This document shows positions 27,749-35,747 of a DNA stretch of 64,000 nt, piece by piece. The notes under the pieces are model-generated. The model had not been told where the DNA came from. It worked only from the letters and a program-made list of their open reading frames with translations, and ran no database searches. The translations under genes and the position numbers were made by a program. Positions within the stretch are counted from its first letter, which is position 1. Each line of letters begins with the position of its first letter. Location of the stretch: IMG/VR virus record IMGVR_UViG_3300029996_000158. The stretch is one strand, 5' to 3'. This DNA is from a virus.

Positions 27749-28044
27749 CCTACTACCTTTATATCAAATAAACCTTCAATTTCCTCTATGGTAATTCCAA
27801 GGGATTCCAATTCCAATCTAAGGATATCAAATTCCTCATCTGTAGTTTCAGATATACTGGTTTCCGATAAATGCCTGAATGTAATATAATTATTAAAGGA
27901 TAGGATATTCCTATTATTATCTACACTTAATAGGACCTTGAAATTAATTGCCATATCAGATGATATAGAATTTATAATTCCAATAAATTTACTAAATTTA
28001 GCTGTACCTTTGATGGTAACTAAGGTTCCTTTTTCTAATTCCAT
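27745..28044 (-). CDS. hypothetical protein
   Basis: 99 aa with an acidic C-terminal half; member of the reverse-strand operon. Confidence 0.6.
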   Translation of the reverse strand: MELEKGTLVTIKGTAKFSKFIGIINSISSDMAINFKVLLSVDNNRNILSFNNYITFRHLSETSISETTDEEFDILRLELESLGITIEEIEGLFDIKVVG

Positions 28045-28047
28045 AAT

Positions 28048-28245
28048 TTATAAACTTTTTTTAAAAAATCCACTATCAATTAATTCAACTATAATAATTA
28101 CTATCAATGATGCTGGACTAAGGACTACAAGGAATAAACCCCATAATAAATCCCTAATAGTACATTTATCATTCCATTTTAATTTAATTAGAATAGCTGA
28201 AACTATTATTACACTAAGTATGCAGTATATTATAACCAAGGTCAT
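28048..28245 (-). CDS. small membrane protein
   Basis: 65 aa with two hydrophobic segments. Confidence 0.55.
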   Translation of the reverse strand: MTLVIIYCILSVIIVSAILIKLKWNDKCTIRDLLWGLFLVVLSPASLIVIIIVELIDSGFFKKSL

Positions 28246-28248
28246 TGC

Positions 28249-29019
28249 TTATTCCTCCCATTCTATCTTTTGTATTCTAATAACATTAGCTGTGGTTTCT
28301 CTTGCAATTTTCTCGGCAGTTTCTTTATCATATATAGCTTCTTTATGAATAATTATCCATCCCTCTTTCTCCTGGGGGAGCATCATTAAGTCATGGTTAT
28401 GACATTTTCCTGATTCATATAACCCATCTTTGGTATAGCTGTATACAGACTCGCTATAAGTGCCTTCATTTACCAAGGCCACAATAGAAAAGTCTTGCCC
28501 GTCATAAAGATACTTTCTGTCAAAGCAAATAATCCTTGCCTTTCTTCCATCTCTCGTGCAGACTGGTTTGCCTGCTTTGGCTGCTTCAAGGTTAAATTCT
28601 TTTAAGTTTAATTTCTTTTCTTTCATATCTTCTTTGTTTTGTTTAATCTCTACAAATATCTCATCTTTTAGGCATGAATATGCAGGTTGATGGTTTATAT
28701 AGTAACTCAATTTGCAGTTTCTTGAAAAATTATCATAAAAAGCACAATTATTACAAAGAGAATCAGGGACCTTTATTTTCTGATATGATTTATTCTCTAC
28801 CATAATTGGATTCCCAACCTTTTCAAGTTTCCTAAAAACTACGGATTTATAATCTTTCCTATAAGGTGGTAAACAATTTCCTATTATATTAAGTACATTA
28901 TTACAACAAATATTATTATGAGTATTGAAATGGCATATAATACACCCATACCCAGTATTCTCAATACATTGGTACCAATTATCCTGATAATTAAATATTT
29001 CACCTATTTTTCGTTCCAT
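28249..29019 (-). CDS. Cys-rich protein with unrecognised C-terminal domain
   Basis: The N-terminal half carries about 13 Cys in clusters (CIICHF..ICCNN..GNC; CNNCAF..NC). C-terminal part reads AKAGKPVCTRDGRKARIICFD... Confidence 0.65.
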   Translation of the reverse strand: MERKIGEIFNYQDNWYQCIENTGYGCIICHFNTHNNICCNNVLNIIGNCLPPYRKDYKSVVFRKLEKVGNPIMVENKSYQKIKVPDSLCNNCAFYDNFSRNCKLSYYINHQPAYSCLKDEIFVEIKQNKEDMKEKKLNLKEFNLEAAKAGKPVCTRDGRKARIICFDRKYLYDGQDFSIVALVNEGTYSESVYSYTKDGLYESGKCHNHDLMMLPQEKEGWIIIHKEAIYDKETAEKIARETTANVIRIQKIEWEE

Positions 29020-29339
29020 AATTCCAATTGTTTCCTTTCTCTTTTTTCCTGTAATTCATATACATTTTCATATAAGTCTCTAATCTTCTTAAAGGTAATT
29101 TTAATTTTTCTAGAACCTTCTAGTTTTACACTTACCCTTTCCATATAACCTCTAGTTTCAAAATTACTTCTATATCCCAAAACTGTTGTATGTGAATAAC
29201 CAAGGTCATTTATTAAATCCATAAAATCAAATTTTTCACCTACTGGTATTTGATTAAATCTTTTCCTAAGGATATCAAATTTACTCATAATATTAATTGT
29301 TTTATATTGAATATGTCTACTATATCTCAATTTGGTCAT
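29004..29339 (-). CDS. hypothetical protein, possible winged-helix DNA-binding
   Basis: FMDLINDLGYSHTTVLGYRSNFETRGYMERV resembles an HTH. The true start may be ATG 29288, because 29339 abuts the T run of an upstream terminator. Confidence 0.5.
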   Translation of the reverse strand: MTKLRYSRHIQYKTINIMSKFDILRKRFNQIPVGEKFDFMDLINDLGYSHTTVLGYRSNFETRGYMERVSVKLEGSRKIKITFKKIRDLYENVYELQEKRERKQLELWNEK

Positions 29340-29370
29340 AAAAAAATTCCTCTACTTGGAATAGAGGAAT
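29340..29370 (-). terminator. rho-independent terminator (minus strand)
   Basis: ATTCCTCTA / TAGAGGAAT 9-bp stem followed by T7 when read on the minus strand. Confidence 0.7.
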
Positions 29371-29405
29371 TGAATAGTAAAAGAAGGAAGAACCAAATAC
29401 TTCTT

Positions 29406-29882
29406 TTATCTTAAAATTTCAATATTAATACATTCTAATCCCCAAGATTCTTCCATACTGGGGTCAAAATTACCAGTTGTAGAGATTTGTAAGCCACCAA
29501 ACATAAATTTTTTACCAGTAGAACTTTGGGAAGTAGAAGTAAGGTATACAGTAGTAAAATTTCTTTGTAAATCATTAGCATTACTGGGGTCAAAATCAAT
29601 ACCGTGTAAATCAACATATTTATTGTCACTTACCATAATATTACAATATCTTTCTGAAGTAACAATATTCTGAATAACAGAACATGCAAATAGACGTATC
29701 AATGGTGTATTATCACTTCTAGTAACATATATATCAAATGCAATATCACTTGGAGTTAGAGATTTGGCTGACCCACTATTGAATACATTGGTCAAATAAA
29801 ATCCCATTTCTGGGGTAAGGCTATCAAGTTTTACTTCAAACCCATCTAACTCTTCTTTGGGTATAATTGGAATTATTAACAT
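29406..29882 (-). CDS. hypothetical protein
   Basis: 158-aa ORF forming its own unit between two minus-strand terminators. Confidence 0.65.
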   Translation of the reverse strand: MLIIPIIPKEELDGFEVKLDSLTPEMGFYLTNVFNSGSAKSLTPSDIAFDIYVTRSDNTPLIRLFACSVIQNIVTSERYCNIMVSDNKYVDLHGIDFDPSNANDLQRNFTTVYLTSTSQSSTGKKFMFGGLQISTTGNFDPSMEESWGLECINIEILR

Positions 29883-29936
29883 ATTATTTTCTTTTTTTTT
29901 GGGTTATTATTTGGTTCTTCATATCAGAATAGTATA

Positions 29937-29978
29937 TAAAAAAAAATACCACCCAGATTTTCGCAAACCCAGATGGTA
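29937..29978 (-). terminator. rho-independent terminator (minus strand)
   Basis: On the minus strand TACCATCTGGGTTT-GCGA-AAATCTGGGTGGTA gives a 14-bp stem (including G-U pairs) with a GNRA tetraloop, followed by a run of at least nine T. Confidence 0.75.
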
Positions 29979-30022
29979 GGAACAGTGAAACAATAGACAT
30001 TCAGGAATGAGTAATACTATGG

Positions 30023-30226
30023 TTATTTTTTAAAAAGTGTTATTACTGTATATAATAGTAAACTAAGAATTAATATTGGGGATATCATAAATACAGTAGT
30101 CATTATAAAAAAGTGTCTTAAGTTATTCTTTACACCTTTTACACCTGATTTTCTAACAGTATAATCTATTGCTACTGTTAATATTAACCCAATAAAGTAT
30201 ATCAGAATTAGAATCTTTATTCCCAT
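30023..30226 (-). CDS. small membrane protein
   Basis: 67 aa with two hydrophobic segments. Confidence 0.55.
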   Translation of the reverse strand: MGIKILILIYFIGLILTVAIDYTVRKSGVKGVKNNLRHFFIMTTVFMISPILILSLLLYTVITLFKK

Positions 30227-30227
30227 A

Positions 30228-30437
30228 TTATACTGTTGCTAGAAATATTAAAAATAATGCCCCAATAACCAAAGCCATAATTACACAAGGTAAGAAAAAA
30301 GTTCTGAAATTTGAGAATTCTTCGTCCATTCCTTTAAATACAAGCCAAAAATTCCCAAAATTCCTAGTACTTTCACTTATTGCTTTGGCATATCGTATTC
30401 TAATTATATACCTTATCATTCCACCTAAACCATTCAT
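30228..30437 (-). CDS. small membrane protein (C-terminal anchor)
   Basis: 69 aa with a C-terminal hydrophobic segment, FLPCVIMALVIGALFLIFLATV. Confidence 0.55.
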   Translation of the reverse strand: MNGLGGMIRYIIRIRYAKAISESTRNFGNFWLVFKGMDEEFSNFRTFFLPCVIMALVIGALFLIFLATV

Positions 30438-30754
30438 AGATATTTTTCCTCCACCTTTTTAAGTTTATTGTATAATTTAATTACTGATTCATTTGGTAAT
30501 TTCCCCAATCCTTCATTAATTTTACTTAAGATTCTTGGTATTCTTTCCATAGATAACAAATAATTGTATTTATCTTCATCAAAAAGTTCAACCTTAAACT
30601 TAGAAGTAACAATACTGATAATATTAAGGTTATTATCTATGGTCATACCATTACTAAGTTTGTATTTATTACCTTTCAATACTGATTCTACTAAAGCTTT
30701 TTCATAATGAGCTTGTCCAGTTACTAATAAAGCATCTTTTTCTTTAAGTTTCAT
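30434..30754 (-). CDS. hypothetical protein
   Basis: First gene of the reverse-strand cassette; ATGA overlap with the next gene. Confidence 0.6.
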   Translation of the reverse strand: MKLKEKDALLVTGQAHYEKALVESVLKGNKYKLSNGMTIDNNLNIISIVTSKFKVELFDEDKYNYLLSMERIPRILSKINEGLGKLPNESVIKLYNKLKKVEEKYL

Positions 30755-30801
30755 AATTTTGCATTATATAATTAAATTCAATAAGAAGTAGTATTTCGCA
30801 A

Positions 30802-30809
30802 TACCTTTG
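30802..30809 (+). promoter_or_regulatory. -7 box TAccTTTG upstream of the methyltransferase gene
   Basis: TACCTTTG lies 37 nt upstream of the ATG at 30846; no clear -33 element. Confidence 0.4.
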
Positions 30810-30845
30810 TTGTATAATATATAACCTCTAAAACTTATAAAAATC

Positions 30846-31856
30846 ATGGGTAAATTAAGAGTACTTGGAGTATGTGGAGCTCAAGGAGCTTTATTATTCC
30901 CATTTAAAAAGTATTTAATTGGTAATATTGAACCAAGAGCAGTATTTCATACAAAAAATGAAGAACAATGGAAATTAAATTTTGGTGAAATACCTTTCAA
31001 AAGAGACCCTGAATCATTTAAAGGCCAAGTAGATATTATAATTGGTTCCCCTTCTTGTGGTCATTCTAGTGTTTTTAGTTATTCAAGGAAGAAAACCCTT
31101 GGTAAACCAAAAGAAGATAAAACTTTGAATCTATTTTTAACCTCTTTGAGCATGTTTAAACCCAAAATATTCTTAATGGAAAACCTTCCAAAACTTTTTG
31201 ATTTAATTCCAAGAGAAGAATGGGAAGCAAAATTGCAAAATTATCACTTAATTGTTCATTGCCATTCAGTATTTGACTTTGGTAATTCACAAAAATCACG
31301 AAAAAGACTGATTTTAATTGGTATAATGAAGGATTCTGACATAAAAATATCCAATTTTGAGGATATTTTTCCAGTATCAACCCCAATTTTAGTATCAGAA
31401 ATTGAAAAATTAGTGAGAAAGGACTTAAATTTCAGAGAAAATGATGATAAAAAGCTAGCTATGTATCATCATTCTGATAAATCCAAGAAAACTTTAACAG
31501 TAAAAGAAGTAAAAAACTTATGGTTAGGTGAATTTAAGAAGGAATATAAATGGCCAATGAAAAATACCAAAATGAAAACATTACCAGGAGTGTATAGGAA
31601 TAGAAAAAACAGTTATCCATTAACTGTAAGACCATCAAATAGGCAATTTAATCCCAATGGTGATATTATGGGGTTAGAGGAATATCGGATTATTATGGGA
31701 TTCCCAAAAAGGTTCAAGGTATATATGGATATGAATAATTTAAATTATTGGCTCAATAAAGGAAGAAATACATTAACAAAAGGCTCAGTTTATGAGGTTG
31801 GAATATGGTTTAAAAAATGCCTAAAAAAACAATTCAGGAATATGGAAACCCCCTAA
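30846..31856 (+). CDS. DNA (cytosine-5) methyltransferase-like, divergent motifs
   Basis: Motif I-like LGVCGAQGA, motif IV-like GSPSCGHS (in place of GGPPCQ), motif VI FLMENLP, motif VIII QKSRKRLILIG, and C-terminal EYRIIMGFP. Confidence 0.7.
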   Translation: MGKLRVLGVCGAQGALLFPFKKYLIGNIEPRAVFHTKNEEQWKLNFGEIPFKRDPESFKGQVDIIIGSPSCGHSSVFSYSRKKTLGKPKEDKTLNLFLTSLSMFKPKIFLMENLPKLFDLIPREEWEAKLQNYHLIVHCHSVFDFGNSQKSRKRLILIGIMKDSDIKISNFEDIFPVSTPILVSEIEKLVRKDLNFRENDDKKLAMYHHSDKSKKTLTVKEVKNLWLGEFKKEYKWPMKNTKMKTLPGVYRNRKNSYPLTVRPSNRQFNPNGDIMGLEEYRIIMGFPKRFKVYMDMNNLNYWLNKGRNTLTKGSVYEVGIWFKKCLKKQFRNMETP

Positions 31857-31889
31857 CGCGTACGTATGCGCTTATCTTTAATTAATATA

Positions 31890-31926
31890 AATATATAGAT
31901 AGATATTATATATCTATCTATATATT
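31890..31926. repeat. AT-only palindrome with 17-bp arms
   Basis: AATATATAGATAGATAT-TAT-ATATCTATCTATATATT. It is flanked by direct TACGTATGCGC (31861) and TACGTATGCACGC (31926) repeats. Confidence 0.9.
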
Positions 31927-31950
31927 ACGTATGCACGCTATTATAAGGTT

Positions 31951-31962
31951 ACGTGTACACGT
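31951..31962. repeat. perfect 12-bp palindrome ACGTGTACACGT
   Basis: Read directly from the sequence; part of an unusual local cluster of CG-containing motifs. Confidence 0.95.
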
Positions 31963-32085
31963 GTGCGTAATATATTTATACCCTCTAAAAGGGTAAATAA
32001 ATATATTTTACTCTTTTTAGAGGAGGGAATAAATCAAAAAGAATAAGGGGAACTATTGGTAATAAATCCGAAAAATTTTTATGTT

Positions 32086-32751
32086 ATGAAAATCCTATGG
32101 TCAATTCTTAAAATCCTAATCCCAATTGTTTTATGTTTGTTGATTGGTTATTACTTTGGTTCATTGAAACATAAATCTGGTTCACAACCAATAAACCAAA
32201 AACCAGATACGGTTTATATTGATAAGCCTTTTGTTCCAGAGGAACCATTTGATGAACCAAAAGAACCTGAAGTTATTTATGTTCATACTTTGGACACAAT
32301 AGAAATTCTAAATATCATTTACCATAATGATACAATAAAACTATTATACCCTGATTCAAGTTTTATTTCAGTATCATCTCAGTTTCTTTCTCAATTCCCA
32401 AATTCAAGTAAGCTAATCCAATTTCTTCTAACTGATACTGATTTAAAACTTGTATTATTAAACACAGATGGAAAGCTCTTTGAAAAGGTTTGTTCAATTG
32501 ATACTGATAATTACTCATACAATTATCTTGGGGATAATATGACTCAAAAAAGAAAATCATTCATCAAAAGATTTTCACCATTAACTGAACTTCAATGGAG
32601 ACCATTCAACAATTTATGGGATTTGAATTTAGGTTTAAAATACAATACCAGTAAATTTAATTATGAACTTGGGTTAAATCTATTTTATTACCCAAGGATT
32701 AAAACAAATCCTGGAACAGATTTATACTTCAAATTAAGTTATCAATTCTAA
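32086..32751 (+). CDS. secreted or membrane protein with beta-barrel-like C-terminus
   Basis: ATG 32086 gives MKILWSILKILIPIVLCLLIGYYFG (signal or anchor). The C-terminus DLYFKLSYQF has alternating hydrophobic residues ending in Phe. The track start at 32056 is a TTG. Confidence 0.55.
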   Translation: MKILWSILKILIPIVLCLLIGYYFGSLKHKSGSQPINQKPDTVYIDKPFVPEEPFDEPKEPEVIYVHTLDTIEILNIIYHNDTIKLLYPDSSFISVSSQFLSQFPNSSKLIQFLLTDTDLKLVLLNTDGKLFEKVCSIDTDNYSYNYLGDNMTQKRKSFIKRFSPLTELQWRPFNNLWDLNLGLKYNTSKFNYELGLNLFYYPRIKTNPGTDLYFKLSYQF

Positions 32752-32753
32752 TC

Positions 32754-34256
32754 ATGGCAAAATTAAAAGAAGATAAAAGCTTAAACCAGGAGCAGATAAG
32801 GATTTTATCTAGAGTAGCAAAAGATGTATTTTTATTCTCTACCTTTGTTTGGGTAGTTAACCCAGTACTAGGTATGGTAAAATTTCTTTTATACCCATAC
32901 CAAAAATCAGTTCTCTATCAATTCCTGAAACATAGGTTTAACATAATCCTAAAATTTAGGCAAGCTGGAATTACAGAATTGATTGCTATGTATTGTTTAT
33001 GGTTAGCTATGTATCACCCAAACAAAAAGATAAACATCATATCAATCAAGGATACCATAGCAAAAAAGGTTCTTAAGAAAATTAAGTTCATGTATAAGAA
33101 TCTACCTTGGTATCTTCAAACCCCAATCATAAATGGTAGGGTAGGGGAATTTGGTAGTACAACTACCATGGAATTCTCAAATGGTTCAATTATAGAATCA
33201 ATCCCTACTTCAGAACAAGCTGGTCGTTCAGAATCTCTATCTTTACTTGTTATAGATGAAGCTGCTGCAGTAAGATGGGCTAACCAAATTTGGGCAGCAG
33301 CTTTCCCTACTCTTTCTACTGGTGGTTCAGCAATCATTAATTCTACTCCATTAGGAGTTGGTGGATTTTATCATTCAAGTTGGGTAGATGCTATATCTGG
33401 TGGTAATCCAATGAATCCAATCAGATTATATTGGCAAATGCACCCAGATAGAGATGATAAATGGTACCAAGAAATGGCATCTGCACTTGGTCCAAGAAGA
33501 ACTGCCCAAGAAATAGATGGTGACTTCTTATCCTCTGGTAATACAGTATTTGATATGGCTGATATCAAGGGTATTGAAGAAATGCTATCTGAATATCCTC
33601 CAATATTAACAAAAATGGGGGGTCAATATAGGGAATTCAATGAGGTAGACCCAGATAAGGAATATTTCATTGGTGCAGACTGTTCAACTGGTAGAGCAAC
33701 TGACTATTCCTCTTTCACCTGTATGGATAAATCAGGGGAAGAACAAGTAATTTATAAAGGAAGATTACCTCTAGATAGATATGCTAAGTTACTTGGTGAT
33801 ACTGGAATGAAATTTAATAATGCACTTCTAGCACCCGAAACAAATGATATAGGGGCAGCTGTTACTGCAATGCTTCAAGCTGAAGGATATCCAAATCTTT
33901 ATTACTATACCAAAATCCTTAAAAAGAAAGGTAAGAGTAGACCAGAGGAAGAAAAAATCCCTGGTTGGTTAACAACAACCAAAAATAGAACAGTTATAAT
34001 AGAAGGTTTGGAAGAAGATGTAAGAAAAGAAAATGTAATCATCAAGGACCCATTCTTTATCCAAGAATCATATACCTTCATATATGATGCAAATGGTAGA
34101 CCAGTTGCAAGAGGTAAACATAGGTCATCAGCATCTTCAGCTTCAGATATAGATATGGATGACCAAACCTATTCAGATGATGATATATTTGGTAAAGCCA
34201 TAACTAATCATATAAGGAAGTCAAATCAATACAATGGATACGTATTACCCCAATAA
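32754..34256 (+). CDS. terL: terminase large subunit
   Basis: ATPase motifs (ILKFRQAGITEL, Walker B LLVIDEAA), a nuclease-like C-terminal half, and position immediately upstream of the portal gene. Confidence 0.8.
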   Translation: MAKLKEDKSLNQEQIRILSRVAKDVFLFSTFVWVVNPVLGMVKFLLYPYQKSVLYQFLKHRFNIILKFRQAGITELIAMYCLWLAMYHPNKKINIISIKDTIAKKVLKKIKFMYKNLPWYLQTPIINGRVGEFGSTTTMEFSNGSIIESIPTSEQAGRSESLSLLVIDEAAAVRWANQIWAAAFPTLSTGGSAIINSTPLGVGGFYHSSWVDAISGGNPMNPIRLYWQMHPDRDDKWYQEMASALGPRRTAQEIDGDFLSSGNTVFDMADIKGIEEMLSEYPPILTKMGGQYREFNEVDPDKEYFIGADCSTGRATDYSSFTCMDKSGEEQVIYKGRLPLDRYAKLLGDTGMKFNNALLAPETNDIGAAVTAMLQAEGYPNLYYYTKILKKKGKSRPEEEKIPGWLTTTKNRTVIIEGLEEDVRKENVIIKDPFFIQESYTFIYDANGRPVARGKHRSSASSASDIDMDDQTYSDDDIFGKAITNHIRKSNQYNGYVLPQ

Positions 34257-34265
34257 TAAAAATCT

Positions 34266-35735
34266 ATGAATTTATTTGCATGGTTTAGGAAAAAACCAGT
34301 ACCACAACAATTGGTAAACCAAGATAAGAAGAAAGATGATTCATCAATACCACCTGGTAGAGTATCAGTCCCCAATGAACCATCATTCAATAATCTAATA
34401 AGTGTAATGGGAGTTAAGGACTTGGTATTACCAAGTTTTAGGACTGAAATAATTCCACTTATAAGAGATTTATATAAAGTTAATCCAGATGTTAGTATAG
34501 CTTTACAAGATATGTTTAAGTTATCTAATACTGGTCATACCATATCATTTCCAAATAATACTCCAGAGGAATCAGAGAAAATGAGTTCACATTTGAAAAA
34601 AGCAAGTAAAAGGTGGACTAATTATACTGCTGGTATTGATGGTTTGGTAAATAAATTTATGGTACAATGTTTAATAGGTGGTGCAATATCCATTGAAGCT
34701 GTACCAAATAATAACCTAGATGGTATATCAACTATAGTATTTGTAAACCCAGAATCAATTATCTTTAGAAGATTGGGTAATGGAGTATACCACCCATATC
34801 AAAAAAATCCATACTCTCCACAAAACGAAAAACCTGATTACATAAAACTTAATACTGAAACTTATTTATATGTTGGTATGTATAATGATACTGATGAACC
34901 ATATGGAATACCACCATTTATGGCTGCATTAGATTCATTAAAAGGTCAACATGAAATGAGGGTCAATTTTAAGAATATCATGGAAGTAATGGGTATGGTT
35001 GGCTTCTTGGAAGCTAAAATGCAAAAACCCCAAAGATTACCATCAGAAAGTATAGAAAAATACCAAGACCGATTAGTTGGATTATTAAAACAACTAAAAG
35101 TGAATTTGATGAATGGTATGAAAGATGGTATAGTAACTGGGTTTATTGATGACCATGAATTCAAATTAAATTCAACTACCCAAAACCTACAAAATTTAGA
35201 TAAACCCTGGACCATGAATCAGCAATCTGTTGCAAATGGTTTAGGGGTTAGTGGTAATTTAATAGGAGTAACTTCAAATACTACTGAAGGTGGTGCTGGT
35301 ATTTTATTATCAAAGATTATCTCCCAGTTAAAGAATTTACAAACCCTTACTTCTTTTGTATTAGAATTTATTTACTCTCTAGAATTACGTCTAGCTGGTC
35401 TTCCAAATAAAGGAATTAAAGTTACATTTGGAACTACCACAATATCTGATGAAGTAAAAGTTCAACAAGGGCTAGAATATAAAATTAGAAATTTAACCTC
35501 TCTTTATAATCAAGGAATAATTGGGCAAGAAAAATTTGCTTGGGAAATGGGTTATGATAAACCCGACCAAAAAGAACCAAGAATTAAACCAGAAGAATCC
35601 AATCAAGTATCATCACCAGGTGATAATGCAAAGAAACAAAAAAGGGAGGCAGATAAAGATACCTCGGATAGAAAAACAAGGGATAAAAATAATCCAAATC
35701 CTAAAAGGGCTGACCAAGATACAAGAAAACGATAA
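34266..35735 (+). CDS. portal protein
   Basis: 489 aa, immediately after terL, with a charged C-terminal tail. Assigned by position and size. Confidence 0.65.
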   Translation: MNLFAWFRKKPVPQQLVNQDKKKDDSSIPPGRVSVPNEPSFNNLISVMGVKDLVLPSFRTEIIPLIRDLYKVNPDVSIALQDMFKLSNTGHTISFPNNTPEESEKMSSHLKKASKRWTNYTAGIDGLVNKFMVQCLIGGAISIEAVPNNNLDGISTIVFVNPESIIFRRLGNGVYHPYQKNPYSPQNEKPDYIKLNTETYLYVGMYNDTDEPYGIPPFMAALDSLKGQHEMRVNFKNIMEVMGMVGFLEAKMQKPQRLPSESIEKYQDRLVGLLKQLKVNLMNGMKDGIVTGFIDDHEFKLNSTTQNLQNLDKPWTMNQQSVANGLGVSGNLIGVTSNTTEGGAGILLSKIISQLKNLQTLTSFVLEFIYSLELRLAGLPNKGIKVTFGTTTISDEVKVQQGLEYKIRNLTSLYNQGIIGQEKFAWEMGYDKPDQKEPRIKPEESNQVSSPGDNAKKQKREADKDTSDRKTRDKNNPNPKRADQDTRKR

Positions 35736-35747
35736 ATAATAAATATT

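Noticed and set aside
27540-28348. + strand ORFs 27540-27794 and 27938-28348, and also 28918-29148.
   Set aside because: They are antisense to the coherent minus-strand operon, whose genes have coupled starts and stops and a matching minus-strand terminator.
35521-35739. 72-aa + strand ORF in an alternative frame at the portal gene 3' end.
   Set aside because: It is wholly inside the portal ORF's K/R-rich tail region. It has a basic low-complexity product and no independent signals.
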